Part shown: positions 1 to 13,900 of the stretch, in pieces
Numbering within the stretch: the first letter of the stretch is position 1
How the letters are laid out: every line of letters starts with the position of its first letter
DNA from: Ostrea edulis
Taxonomy: Eukaryota
DNA: 64,000 bases
Direction of reading: 5' to 3'
NCBI RefSeq assembly: GCF_947568905.1
Contig: NC_079166.1
Span: 10,106,001-10,170,000 of the forward strand
Translations under genes and position numbers: made by a program
The notes under the pieces: generated by a model
Databases searched by the model: none
Seen by the model: only the letters and a program-made list of their open reading frames with translations
Told to the model about the DNA's origin: nothing

Positions 1-569
1 ATTATTTCCTATTACTAGATGTAATTTCAAAATTATGAATAATCCTCGATGTCATCCCCTGTAAACTGACATAATATCGTCAGTTCCAGGTGAAAAAAAG
101 TCTAGATACCATATCGGGTATTATTAATCAGAAGATTTTTCTCCAAAACAATTTGAAATCTTGGCGCTTTATTTTTTGTCTCAGGGGTATATACCGATTG
201 AGTCAAACTTGAAAATTACTCAGCTGTAACAATTGAAATTGTTATATATTCGGATATTTCAGGCAATCTGAAAGAAATACGGCTGACAGGATAAATTTTG
301 GTGACTTTGAGAATTCATTTCAGCTTTACATTTTAAAAAAAAAAAGAACATTTTCGATACAAATCCATTGCTTTTAGCGCCAATCACCGGAAAGTAATTA
401 ACATGAATATAGCATAATAAAAGGGAAACGTTTCCGGTTTCAGATAATTGATTACTTAATTTCAAACAAAACGAAATCAAGGATGTTCCAGGTTCTATCT
501 AGAAGTATTTTGTATTGTTTAATCGGAGATTACGTTTGTAAATCACAAATCTGTGATGGGTATGTCGAT

Positions 570-570
<1 letters not shown>

Positions 571-618
<48 letters not shown>
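571..618. repeat. (CT)n microsatellite; others: (TA)n 2806-2856, (AGAT)n ~2892-2960, (CT)n ~24374-24432, (TA)n ~24596-24664, poly-C ~57527-57563
   Basis: Direct observation. Confidence 0.95.
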
Positions 619-621
<3 letters not shown>

Positions 622-714
622 ATTTTTGCATCAATCAATATTGTTTGTACAGATAGTACATCGTATTAACATTTCACGTAAGAAATGATCTGTTGAATTT
701 CTATGATATTTCAG

Positions 715-764
715 AAGGTGCTGTGATGGCTACATATTCGATCCAGCAAATGCAACTTGCAAAA
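715..764 (+). CDS. Internal exon of EGF-repeat (MEGF10/SREC-like) receptor gene; upstream exons lie outside or were not found
   Basis: ttcag|A AGG TGC TGT GAT GGC...TGC AAA A|gtaag translates as RCCDGYIFDPANATCK. The phase-1 donor matches the next exon. Confidence 0.7.
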
Positions 765-1544
765 GTAAGACAAAATTCGAATTTGGCTTATACTTACATA
801 ATGTAAATAACTATGTATAATTTGCACCGATACACTGAAGCCTAAATGATAAATATCTCTAGTGGTTGACAAGGTAGATAACTTGACGAGCTAATGCTTT
901 GCAAGGTGGCCGTTATGTATCCGTCTGTTTGTCGGGAGACCTAGTGTCTGTTCACAATTCTGAATTTTTTTTCCTGATTTTAAATCTTACTGTCTTTGAA
1001 GAATTTGTGTCTGTACACGAATATTTAGAGATATTACCAACTTTGATTTCGATGTTTAACACGACTGTTCAGCTTAGTAAAAGGTTTCGAAATAATTTTG
1101 TTCCAAACTCTGAATAATACAGCACATGCAGATACAGCAGTTTGAACGTCTGCTATTGTTGCACATTTTGTTAAATTCAGAATATCCTTTATTGCAGGTG
1201 ATACACATAAACATGAAAGTTGTCAACAAAATGTCATGTTTGAAAAAGTTAAAGATTTCGTATTATAGTGATATGTAACAGTAGCATGATTGTTACTGTA
1301 CCTAACGATAGTAAATACCATTAATTAAACAATGGTGGAAAACATCACATACATTATATAATGATGAATCCTATAACATCGCAGCTTCGGTTACGTGTAG
1401 CTCTACTGAAACTGAAATATTTCCTAATTATCTTCTGTTTGTCTCTGAAGCTCTACCGTTCGTTTGTGGACCAGTAGAGCTTCGGTCAGTCTTGCTCCAG
1501 ACGTTTTTGCTTCCCCCATGGATTGGTCTCTTTCCTTATTACAG

Positions 1545-1688
1545 GATGCAGTCCCGGATACTTCGGTGTAAACTGCAGTACACAGTGTCCTTACCCTCTG
1601 TATGGCCACACCTGTCAGAGTGTGTGTTTGTGTAATATGGATGCATGCAGTCCAGCAAACGGATGTCTACATGTCGTTACGGCAGAAG
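1545..1688 (+). CDS. EGF-like exon of MEGF10/SREC-like receptor
   Basis: acag|GA...GAA G|gt, 144 nt, phase 1-1. Translates as (R)CSPGYFGVNCSTQCPYPLYGHTCQSVCLCNMDACSPANGCLHVVTAE, with the C-x-x-G-Y-F-G-x-x-C...C-x-C pattern of MEGF-type EGF modules. Confidence 0.85.
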
Positions 1689-1734
1689 GTACTAATTGAA
1701 TTTAATGTACTATTTACTAGAATAGATTGTTTGT

Positions 1735-1975
1735 CGTGTTAGCTCAGTCGATGGTGCACTCACTTCGTGCGCGATTTATGATTGGATTCGAAACCCGACC
1801 GCCACAGGTCAGTGAGTTTTTAAAAACCCAGCGATTACTGTTCTTTTACAAAGTGCTGAGCTGGATAAGTGATGGTTGCGAGTTTTCGCGTGAATTTTTC
1901 ATAATCAAGGTCCCGTGCTTTGTCAGATTTTCATGCTGGCATTAATTTACGATAACGCGGAAATAACTGAGGAAG
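1735..1975 (+). mobile_element. tRNA-derived SINE-like sequence (second copy at ~52393-52630)
   Basis: A-box-like GTTAGCTCAGTCGATGG and B-box-like GGATTCGAAACC, followed by a non-tRNA body. Confidence 0.5.
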
Positions 1976-2087
1976 TTGATCCCTGGTGTGCATGATTCAG
2001 AACGTCCTAGTAACAGACTGGAATAATGTTGGTGACACTGTAGTACATATAAAAATTATTTCCTTTTCATTGTATCTTGTCTAAGTC

Positions 2088-2370
2088 TCTCTCGAGAATT
2101 GTTTACTCATATGGAGACGATACCAAGTCCGGTAAAAGGTTTCAAATTTAGGCCTTTGCTCGACGCTTACCGCCATTGAACAGTGGGGGTTCTTTCGTCT
2201 GTCACACCTACTGCGACAAGGGACATCCGTTTTTAAGGTCATTTCCGAGGACCCATGACATTGACACCTGATGCCGAGCGTTTGGTGATGGAACTGTCAC
2301 TACCTGTTTTAACGACTTAGGTCTGTCGCAGCCGAGATTTGAACCCCGGCCTTCCGCATGCGGGGTGATA
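2088..2370 (-). mobile_element. tRNA-derived SINE (same family as 41136-41390 and 23175-23250)
   Basis: Reverse complement matches the 41136-41390 copy (GACAGACCTAAGTCGTTAAAACAGGTAGTGACAGTTCCATC...). Confidence 0.75.
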
Positions 2371-2803
2371 TTTCCTTTCGGTGATTTAAATCTATAAAAG
2401 CACGGAAATAGCAATGAACTCTTTTCTGTGCTTTATATTAATTATTTCTTCACTGAGGGCAGTTATGTTGATCTAAGAGTGTATTGCTGCTATTTCCGTG
2501 TTTTATATCAAAATATTTCATATACAATATGTATATTGTATAATCCTCTTAAATGTACATTAAAGGGACTGGTTCACGTTTTTCGAAAGAAATATTTTTT
2601 TAAAGCAGTGAAACGTTAATTTTGTAATTTAAAGTATCTTCATTTTGTACATCGTCGGAAACCCACGGTTGATTACGCTTCGTTCTGTGATGGAGAGAGA
2701 GGAACCAAGCGTAATAGTGCTTTGTATATTTTTTTGTATTTGACCTTGTATCCATGTTGTGGATCCGACACTTTTAGGGATCGGGTGTTGTTGGAACTTA
2801 GTG

Positions 2804-2860
<57 letters not shown>

Positions 2861-2892
2861 TAACAGTAAAACGTTATTAATTTTGTGTTTAT

Positions 2893-2937
<45 letters not shown>

Positions 2938-3646
2938 GGATGGATGGATGGATAGATAGAATAGATAGATATATATAACACGGAACTAAAATCCAATATC
3001 ACCCGATACCTTGAAGTGTCGGATCGACAAAGTGGATACAAGTCATTCAAAGTTGTTTTTGTAAAGGCATAGGGTCTATCTTTCATCTAAAAAATGACAT
3101 CACAATATTTTGCAAGAACCCCAAAAAACAAATTTGTAGTATATATTATGAGTTATCTTAAAGTTATCTATAGATGCAGCGCTTTGAAATTGAAGTCATT
3201 TTGACGTTTTAGCCCTGTATAAAATTTTTGTCTGGAGGACAATATATTAAAATGATTCCCGCTGATTGGTGGCTACACACAAACATAAGAGATGCGAAGT
3301 CAACAGCGTACCAGTTTAGGCAAATGAAAACAGGGAATTATTGTGCAATTACTATCGTATCCAATGTAAACATTCTGAAGAACTTTGTGTGATTTTCTTG
3401 TTATGATCTTAAATTTCGCCACCTTTTTGGAACATGCAAAATTTCACTAATATCTTAGACCCTATCCCTTTCATAAAAAGCGCCGATATAACCAACGACA
3501 AGAAGAATTCGATACATCCTAGCCTAGGGATGACGGGTCTACTACTCAGGTCAAACAAAAAAGTATGTGTTACTAATAAAGATATCTGCTGCGTCCAGGG
3601 GTCCGTGTCTGCCCGGCCCTTCATTTATATTTTTATATACTTGTAG

Positions 3647-3761
3647 CGACTACGAAACCTTTGTCCACAGAGGAGGAAGATAAGGAGACAACATCCCACC
3701 ATTCCCAAGCAACAGTTACAAAAAGAAAAGTGTCTACAGTCGTCCAATCGACTACGACCAG
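3647..3761 (+). CDS. 5' part of receptor last exon (Thr/Ser-rich stalk), interrupted by Harbinger
   Basis: tgtag|CG ACT ACG AAA..., phase 1, in frame with the previous exon: ATTKPLSTEEEDKETTSHHSQATVTKRKVSTVVQSTTT. It ends in the CAG TSD (3759-3761). Confidence 0.8.
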
Positions 3762-3961
3762 GATCCAGTTGCACGAACGTTAGTTAAAGTTAACTGGCCG
3801 TTAAAATTTAGTTAACGCGCCGTTAAATTTAACGGCAAGTTAAACGGGTTGCACGAAATTTAACTGACGGTTAACGCTCCGTTAAGTTGCTAATTTAACA
3901 GACAGATTTAACTGAGGTACGGGAGGTACATTAAACTATTTAACTAACAGTTAAAACAGGA

Positions 3962-6607
3962 ATGGCGGACTTTTTATTGTTTGGCAACTTGTGGGAGGAA
4001 AGAAAAGAGCGGGTTTACAGAGAAAGACAAAGCATGGAAGACCTCAGCGATAAACAAATAACCTCAAGATTTCGATTTAAGCGCGAGTCTATTGAATTTA
4101 TCTCGGACCTTTTGCGTAATGACTTAATGAGAGCAACAGGACGTAGCCAGTCCATCTCGGTTGAGATGCAGGTAATTTTTTTCTTTCTAACTCTCATACT
4201 ATAGATAGTTTGAAGTTACCAATGTACAGTGGAATTCCACATTCAACAACAACGAATTAGCATATTTTTATATGACAGAATTGAAAAAATTAAATTCAAG
4301 TGACGTTGATTAACATGAAATATTATGAACACATAACCTCAATAATACAATATTTAGTACAATGCTAGCTTGTACAGTTAGTGTAATTTAGGCCTTTAAA
4401 TTGTTTCATACTATGACAATTGCGAATATATGCATACATGTCGTACCTTATTTTCTTATTTGAAAGCAGTTTACGTGCACATATACAAAATTTGAAATTC
4501 CATTATAAAGGGGTCTTAGCAGACTGTGTATTACCTTAGAAGTTGATGTAGCTTATAGTTAAACGATATTTTGAACAAGTCAACCGTTTTTTTGTTTGTT
4601 GCAAAAATATTACGTCACTTTGAAGTGAACAGTGACTTCACATGTGACGTAACAATTGTACTACCTTGTAAGCTTATGATCAAATGTACTTTCTCTTTTT
4701 CTAAATTACTTCATAAAACGTACCTGATAAGACTATCCTTAAAAATTAATCAGAAAAGGAGTTGAGGGGCTGTAAACTAGAATTTTCCCTTTCCACGTGA
4801 AGCTGAAGTGAAGTGTTTGTGCTTTACAGGAATAATTGATCACAGGCACCTGCATGGAGTATGGATATTATCCACCCCCCCCCCTTCCGATTTTTTTTTT
4901 TTTGCGGCGATAATTTTCCCCTATCTATTTCATTTCCATTCGTATAAACGTTTAACGTGTTGTTTATTGGTGTTTTGTTTTTGTTAAGCTTTAGAGATTA
5001 GCCGGGAAGCTTCTAACGGTACAGTATAATAAATGTGTGTATTTTATACCGCGCCGGTGTTGTAGTGTAGGCCTTTCCCCCTCATAGACTTCCCCCCGAA
5101 AAAACGGACCCGGGATAGGGCTCACGGCGGATGTGACCGGTCAACAGGGGATGCTTACTCCTCCTAGGCACCTGATCCCACCTCTGGTGTGTCCAGGGGT
5201 CCGTGTTTGCCCAACTATCTATTTTGTATTGCTTATAGGAGTTATGAGATTGATCACTGTTCGTTATCTTCACCTTGCATTTTCCCCCATAATTAAGCGC
5301 ACCAGCATATGATTCCCCCTTATGTACAAAGTCAGTATAGAGTTTCCCCTTGGGCGGAAAAACAGCCCTGGTATTGAATTTTTCCCCTCCTATTCTATAC
5401 TGGGACGGTTTTTCCTAGGGGGGAATTGAGCCCGGATTAATTCTTCCTAGGTGGAAATTCTATGCCAGGCCCATCTTTCTGGGGGGAATGTCTATCCCGG
5501 GCCCGTTTTTCCGGGGGGTGGGGGGGGGGGGAGTCTATGCGGGGGAAAAAGCCTATACTACAACATAGAAGGTCAACCTCCGTTGAGTGTACAAATGTAG
5601 TAATTTTTATATCCATCTTGTAGGTAATGCTTGCTCTTCGATTTTATGCTTCGGGGAGTTTTCTTGAGGTAATTGGGGACACGATGGGTGTAGACAAAGG
5701 CACGGTAAGCAGAGCTGTCACCAATGTCACCGAAGCTCTTCTGTCTAAAAAAGACCAGTTTCTGCGGTGGCCTACACAAGGTGATATGATGAAGTCGCAG
5801 AGAGTCTTTTTTATGCGTGGAGGATTCCCAGGGGTAATTGGATGTGTCGATGGTACTCACATAAGGATACAAGCTCCAACTCTAGACGAACCAACTTACG
5901 TCAACAGAAAAGAGTGGCACTCAATCAATGTGCAAGCTATATGTGACCATGAAGGTAGGTATACTTCATGCCACAAACCGTGAATTTCATACTTTCCTTT
6001 TCAACCGATTATGATTATACATCTTATATGTAATCATTACAATACATGTTACTGTACCATATCCATCATCGTCGTATCAGGACAAATCATCAGCATACTT
6101 CATGTAACAAAAAGATATTGTATTTTAGGAAAATTCATTAACATTGACGCTCAATGGCCAGGAAGTACACATGATAGTCACATCTTCCGAATGTCCGATG
6201 TCAGTTTGTATCTCGAGAGCCACAATCGAAGCGTTGATGATGGAATTCTATTGGGCGACAGTGGTTACGCATGCTCTCGGTATCTGTTAACACCATACCT
6301 GCACCCTGCAACACCCTCACAAGAAGCATTCAACTCGGCCCATTGTAAGACCCGTAGCACCATTGAAAGAGTTTTTGGTTGGTGGAAGAGGAGATTTCAT
6401 GTTTTGCATGGTGAAATAAGAATGAAGCCGGGTAAGGTTTGTAGAGTCATTGGAGCCTGTGCCATATTGAATAACATCGCACTTTTGTTAAAGGAGGACA
6501 TGGAGGGCGATGGCCAACAAGACGGAAATGGAGTAGGCCATATCAATTACAATGGACCCGAGGACGGAAGAGTTGTGAGGAATTTCATCACCACAACATA
6601 TTTCTAA
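3962..6607 (+). CDS. Harbinger (HARBI1-like) DDE transposase, 3 exons, 339 aa
   Basis: join(3962..4171,5624..5954,6129..6607) with GT-AG introns, 1020 nt open. Motifs [40 protein letters not shown] supply the DDE triad. Confidence 0.93.
5058..5565. mobile_element. TIR-bounded MITE in Harbinger transposase intron 1, carrying a retroelement 3' fragment (~5106-5280)
   Basis: ~40-bp imperfect TIR TGTTGTAGTGTAGGCC..TTTCCCCC..CATAGACT; no TSD recognised. The internal segment matches 32990-33125 and 23432-23530 in reverse orientation. Confidence 0.6.
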
Positions 6608-7562
6608 TTTCAAGTTGAATATGTGCCATGGTGTTTAACAACAAGAATAACTCTTGGTGCAGCTCATGCAGATTCCAACCTCTCCTGCCTAAATCTTAAA
6701 GTTTTGATCTAACTTCTAACTATGCTTCTAAGCTGACATGTACAAATTTAACTGTATTATTTTTACTCTGCTCTGTCTCTTAGGTATGCATATTTATTTA
6801 GTCTATGTATATATCCATATTTTTGTGTTTGTGTTGCAAACTTTTTTCAGTGCTGTGCATCTTAGTATAGCTAGTCCCTGTGTATATATATACATGACTT
6901 GTGATGTCTGTATACATGTATGCGTCCTGTTTTATTTCAAATTTCTGTTTTTATGTCTATGCATGCAATTATATATCATTAATGCTTTGTGTTTTTTATG
7001 CTATATAGTCGGTTAAAGAGCTCTTAGCTCATGTTTATTGTTACCTGTATATAGTTCCGACTTTAAATAAAAATTACTTACTTACTTATGAAAATGAAAC
7101 ATTCGCACATACAATGTCTCTCACATACGATAATTTGAGCAATAAATTACTATCATATGGATTTAAAAAGGATTTAATTCTTATACAAGTAATATATCGT
7201 CATTTCCCGTAAAGGAATATGTAGCTGTATATATAGTATCTCGGTGCGAGATTCAACCTGATGTACTGTGTTACCAAAGTCAATCTTGTAAACTCTTGAA
7301 TTGATTAGTGTTAATCCTTTTTGTATAAGTTCACACACATGCGTTCACAACTACCACTCCCTAAAAACTCGTTCTTCAATTTCTGATAAAATACTCATCC
7401 TACAAATATCTATCTCAGCAAACACTATTCACAAAGACGTACAAAAGAGTTAAAAGACGAATACGATGACTATGTATAAATGGATTAGTAACAAGGTGAA
7501 AGAATGAATGAAATTGAATTCAACAGGCTGATGATTCTCTTCTCCCTCTTGAACAATGTCAC

Positions 7563-7868
7563 TTAAATTTCATTGATAGCCTGTAAGGCAAACATGGCAC
7601 TTTCATTTTGGCTTACAGTCTGTTTTAAACATTCAATCTCCAGAGACAGCTTTACATTTCTTAATCTCAAGTTTTCTTTTTCCATATCGTCTCTATCCAT
7701 TTCCTTTTTTAATTTCATAGTCTGAAGCTCGAAGTGTGTTTTCTGACAACGTAATACCTGTAATGTTTAATGAACGTAATATATTTTCAAACTCAAGGTT
7801 TTACACCATACTAGTAATTTTTAAAAAATTTATCTATTATTATCAATACATGTATATATATATATAAT

Positions 7869-7912
<44 letters not shown>

Positions 7913-10900
7913 TATTTTTCTATATTATTATACGTATGTGCCACCTCATATTGCATTTTCTGCAATTCTTCCATTGATACTTTTTTCCTCCTCTTTGGTT
8001 CACTTTCTAAAGTTTCGGAGACAGCAGGTTCACGGATTTCATGTATCTCGTCTGCTTGGGGTGCAGTCAGATTACTAAATCAAATGCAATATATTATTTA
8101 ATTTAATACTTACAAGGAATTGTCCGGTTGGGAAGATTTATGTCAGTCTCGGTTGATGGTTAACGACATTTTGATTTTAGTCTGGACATACCATACTAAA
8201 CTTTCATTATACTTTTAAGATATACCTTTCACAATTCGAAGTACATGCAGATTCAGGTATGGAAGCTGGTACTGAGTCCACAGGATCAGTTGTCTGCATC
8301 TCAGTAATAGTGAGTCCAGAAGGATTTTCCATCACGGCTGTACTTAATGAAACTTGAAAAATTAGTTATACCTCAGCAATGTTATAGTCGAATTGGTATA
8401 ATCTTTAAACATGTATTAAAAAAAGAAAAGAAATTGCATTATACTACTAATTATTTGCATTCACCTCAAAATCAGAAAATTCGTCGTGAATTGTCATTTA
8501 CAATCATGTTCTTCAAGTCAAAATTTATATTGTGTATGTGCACATTATGCAATGCATATTTATTATTTTATCCGTGAATATAGATTTATTCAATTCATTT
8601 AATTTATTCATTGATTGACTTTGCACGTTGGGATAAAATCACGTTGCACATGATGAGAGAGATATAAATAAACTAAATACTTCTAAAACATTTATATATT
8701 TTTTCTTCTTCATAAGTACATTGTACGGTTGAAAAGCTACATACTCGATGTATAACTTTCCACTAGACCTATTTTGCCAACAACAAACTGGCTGGACAGG
8801 TATATAGTGTCGCCTTTTAAATTTGATTAGGGGGGGGGGGGGGTGATACAACAATTGTCTAAAATAAAAAAATATCAAGCAAAATAAAAGGGATGATAAA
8901 TACTAAAGATGGTCTTTGGTCCAAACTTCAAAATTCTAAATCTTTGGAGGTCCCGAGTGTTGGGTGTTCGTCCTTCATCAATGGTATTCGCCGACGACCG
9001 TTACCGGTTCTAAAAATTATGTCGTTATGGGGGATACGTTAAAACGCTTTATTTCACTTAGACGCTTGTAAACACTGAAATGGAAAGAGAAACTTACGTA
9101 AAGTTTTCCGTCTCTCGACTCAAAGACGAGTTAAAGAAAAAAGGAGCCACCACGAGAGGCAGAAAAGCCGACCTTATAGACAGGTTTGTAGTTTCATACC
9201 TCATAGCCGTTATTTTCGTTTGTAATATTTCAACAAATTCGTAGCTCTGCACCCATGCAGACGACGGAGGATGTTTACGCCGGCATGATTATGCCTAAAT
9301 ATTGTTTTGATGCTCAGTGCGACAATTCTTTTATCAAAATGCATCAAAATTCAATAAATTAATGTGATATAAGTTATATTTATGTCATCAATTATACGTA
9401 ATAATTATAGTACTATACGGACTGTTGTTAATATTGTAATACATGATACAATGGCATTCACTGACATGTACTAGTACGTCTTGGTACCTAATATTTTTTT
9501 TATGGGAAGTGGACATTGTACAGTACTTTATTGTAGGCTTAAGGCATATGATAGAAATAAAGATTTCAAGAATGACCCAATTCATATACCTGAGCCTTTG
9601 GAAGTTGATTGGCCAACGAGGGGATTTCAACAGCTCCAGGAATCACATAAAGAAGAAATCCCAGAGATAGGCATTGAGCAGATAGACATGTATTTTGTAC
9701 ATAGATTAGCAGGTTTGTTCTTATAATTTACTTGTATGATTAAGAACAACATTTTTTTAAAACATACATCTAACATTAGGAGTCATTTAATGAATGTGCA
9801 ATATCTTATAGAATAATTTGTACATATATATAATTATGTGTTTATAAGTAAATAAATTTTAAAATCATGAGCTTGTACTTATGTGTAGGTGACAGACAAA
9901 GCACTGGTGATGTCAAGGCTATCGAGAAAGGAAGGCTGCTTGTTGAAAGTGATAGAGTCTTGGCTGTGTCATATTTAAAGGAAGATAATTCCCTGTTCTT
10001 TACAGGCATTGTTGGCGCAACCATGAAAACAAAGGCAAGTATTACATTTAATTTGTGGATATAATATACATTGTAGTACTAATTGTACATGTACCATGTA
10101 TGTTATCAGTTATTTTCTCTTATTTTATTACTCTGTACTGAGATATTTTTGTAAAAATAACTAAAAAAAATTATATTACCCAGAATACATGTATGTATTT
10201 CAAATTAAAGGTAACATACAACTTCAAATTAAAATTTGACAAAAACTCGGGAGACATCTTGAACAGCCATTGTGAGTGTCCTGCAGGACGAGGTCCCCAT
10301 GGAACTTGCAAGCATCTTGCTGCTGTTGCCATAGTTTTACTCTCTTGTTCTGAAGGAAAAGGTTTGAGGATTCAGAGATCATGCACAGAAAACCTGCAGA
10401 CATTTCATAAACCCAAACATTCATACTCAGGTAAAAATACATGAATATTATGTGATGTTCCATGATGAACAGAAGCAATAGTTTTATGACCATATATTGA
10501 ATCAAGTACAATAATTTATTTTTTTTCCACATGTTTAACATATTCAAATTTTGATATAGGTTCACCAGTCAAAGCTGAAGATCTGCCCAGGAAGCGGAAT
10601 CTGACTGATGATTTTTTAAATGATCCCCGCCCTGAACATCTAAAAGGTGTAGCTGGTTACCCGGATAGGGTTCGCAATATGGTCTTAAACCATTGTGCAG
10701 AGACCTCAGACAATCTGACATACAGATATCTCATCGAGAAAGCAAATATTCAGGTAAACATAAGCATGAAAATGCATTACTCACACAAGCAAGAATCTCA
10801 CTTAATGTCCCTGTACATCGCTAATTATAAGCAGTGTCAAGTCAAAAGTATCTCGCTAGTGAACTTATAGCAAGCTATATTAGTAATGCATATAAAATGT

Positions 10901-13900
10901 TGATTTTAAAATTATAAGTCTGTTAATCTAAAGCAGTAAGTAGTGATGGGTAAAACTGCACATATAAAATAAAGTGTTTAATAACAAACAAACTGTAACA
11001 CCTTTTGTTTCACTAGGCAGCAGTATTGGACCATGATTATTTGGAAAGACCCTTCACAGAGTATTGGGTTCAACGAGCTGTTGAGGTAGGTCTTTTGTTA
11101 ATTGGCTTAAACTGCATTTCAACAAAATTAAATTTTATGACATTTGTGCAAATGTTGTATATGTGTTAAAATAAGATATAATGTGCAATGTAAATTGATT
11201 GCAAGAATTTTTTCTCATGTTCATATGTATTACTAATACCATGCAATTTTATACTACAAAACACAGTACAAGATATATGGTTTTTGTTATATACAATTTT
11301 TTAAAGGTAACAGCAGATAAAGTAGTTGCCATTGAGGAGCAGACACGTGGACAAGCCAGCTCAAATAATTGGTTCAAGGAGAGATCATGGCGGATCACAG
11401 CCTCAAGATTTGGAGATATCTGTTTAGCTACAGACAGGCGTAATAGGCAGAAACTCTGCGAGTCCCTATACCAGCCTTCTGCTGCTGTATTTCGCAGTGA
11501 AGCTCTAGTCCATGGAAGTACCTACGAGACACGTGCTATTAGGTATGTTTTAGTGTGAGCTAGTCAGACAATCACGTGTACAGCAGAGACCTGGTTTGTA
11601 AATCTTAACGCTCTATATAAGCATTGGTCAAATCAGTAAATTATTATTTACATATATTATATGCCTTTTCTTATTTTTATCTCTCATTACAGATCCTTTG
11701 AAAGAGAGACTGGCCAAGGTGTTCAAAGATGTGGTTTCTTTGTTGATATGGATCGACCTTACTTGGGGGCATCACCGGATGGACTCGTTGGCAATGATGC
11801 ACTAATTGAAGTCAAATGTCCCTTTGCTGGTCGCTTTGAGAAGATTCAGCCTGGAAAGTACTTCCCATATCTAACAATGGACTCTGTAACTGGTGAAATG
11901 AAATTGAAACCCACCTCTAAATATTTTTTCCAAATACAAGGCCAAATGCTTATTGCCAAAAAACAAATTTGCTATTTTGTTGTATACACTTTCAAAGATT
12001 TGTTCATCCAGAAAGTACATATTGATGTAGAATGTTGCCAGAATTCTCTTCTTCCAAAGCTTGATGTATTCTATGATAAATTTTTCATGCCATACTTGTT
12101 ATCCTTGCTGTAAAGTGGAAGCATATATGCAAACTTGTGTAAAAGTTTCTTCTAAATGATTTATCGAGACAGTTCATTTTTTTTATACAGAATCTTTTTT
12201 GTATTCATGATTTCATTAGAGTCTGCAAATGATTCTTCATGTTTTTTTGCCTAAGTTTCTGCCCAGAATGCCAATCAATTTCAGATGAAATACATTGCAT
12301 ATCCATGATATGAAATTTTCTGTATTGACAATATACATGTAACAATGCATAGATGTTGGTTATATAAAGTGTTAAACTTTTTAAATTGATTTTTAAAAAA
12401 AGATATTGTACTTTGACCCTTTCAAGGTAAATAGCTTTTACACTTAAAAGTTGATATGTCTACCAAGATCCTTGTATGATGTATCCCTTTGAATATTGAC
12501 AGCACATGTTGCATAAAGGATACAAAAAATGTACGATACATTTAAAACTTGTAAGCAGAAATATGAACACAACTCTCAAGGGATTCACTGTATGTGCAGG
12601 GCATACATTTATTAAACTTAGACATGTATGCATGTACATTTTGATATACTACTGGCACATGTTTAAGCACTTTTATCAACAATGCAATTCCTAAAATTTG
12701 ACAACATAAAACAAATGTACACAATTCTGGAAGCTAGGGGGATTTTTGACATTGGTAGCTCATGTTTCAAAATTTTGAACCTCTTTGCAAGCCCAATCAC
12801 CCTCTCTACATGAATACGTTTTGAGGCAACTCGCCTATCTCTAACTATTTCTTCGGGGTCAAGTTGGCTTTTGCCCTTGAGAAACGTAGGTGTATTAATA
12901 AAAACATTCTGATTCGCAAATAAATCTTGAACAAGAATTCCCCGATCTGCCATAATGCTGTCACCAGCATCAAATTTGCCTACATCTAGCAGAGTAGAGT
13001 GTTCAGTGATTTGTCTGTCAGACACAGAGCCCCCATAAGTAGAGGATACATAAGATACTGCTCCATTTGGAGTTACACCTACCATGGTTTTCAACGTGTT
13101 TTTGTGTTTATAAGAAGACCATGTTTTGGATTGTGCCTCAACATTTGATGGTTTGTGAATTGGTTGCTCGGTTGCATCTAAAATTACGCGTGTATTGGGA
13201 AACTTTTTAGCAAAATCTGTTGGCATATGTTCTTTAATGATGTCTTTAGAAGGCCAGAATTGTTCCTCTAACTCTTTTAATTGAAAATACAAGAAGTTAA
13301 TCCAAGTTGTTACAATTTTAGAAACAGTAGATTCACAGACTTTAAAGAGCATAGCAAGTTCCACATCTTCTTTTGCTTGTCTGAGTTTCATCAGAGTTAA
13401 AAACAACTGATCTTGTGGACTTAATAAGCCACATTTGTAATTCAAGTCAAAAGCTGCTGGCCCAAGAATATTAAAGAGAAGCATGAAATGATCATAGCCA
13501 TTCAAACCAGTGTAATAAGAAAGCATCTTAGTGTCCAGTTTCATACCTTCAATTGAAAATCTACCTAAGGTAGGTATGTCACACTGGATTTCTTTCTCAG
13601 CTGTTGAACACATTTCTTCTGGCATGGATGTGGACATACTTGTAGATGACTGATCTACGACAACTTCGTGATGTACAATCAATTCATCCATATACATGGG
13701 CAGGTCTTCAATCATTGGAGTACATGTATCTTGAGTAGACTCTCGCAGCCTCTTTCGCTTAGCTCTGTCAGACTCCTGGGTAGTACTGGTATTCTTGAAG
13801 TCAAAAACAGAGGGCGCAGCTCCATACTTAAGTCGTCTTCGTTCACCTGTCACAAATTGAATATGTTACAGGAATGTTGGTTGTAAGTTATACTTTATAT

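Noticed and set aside
1735-1810. Functional tRNA genes (also 41136, 41578, 45388, 52393)
   Set aside because: A/B boxes are present but the cloverleafs are broken and most continue into SINE bodies.
11307-12113. Phage or bacterial horizontal transfer of a YqaJ recombinase
   Set aside because: The gene has seven spliceosomal introns and is the known second gene of ISL2EU elements.
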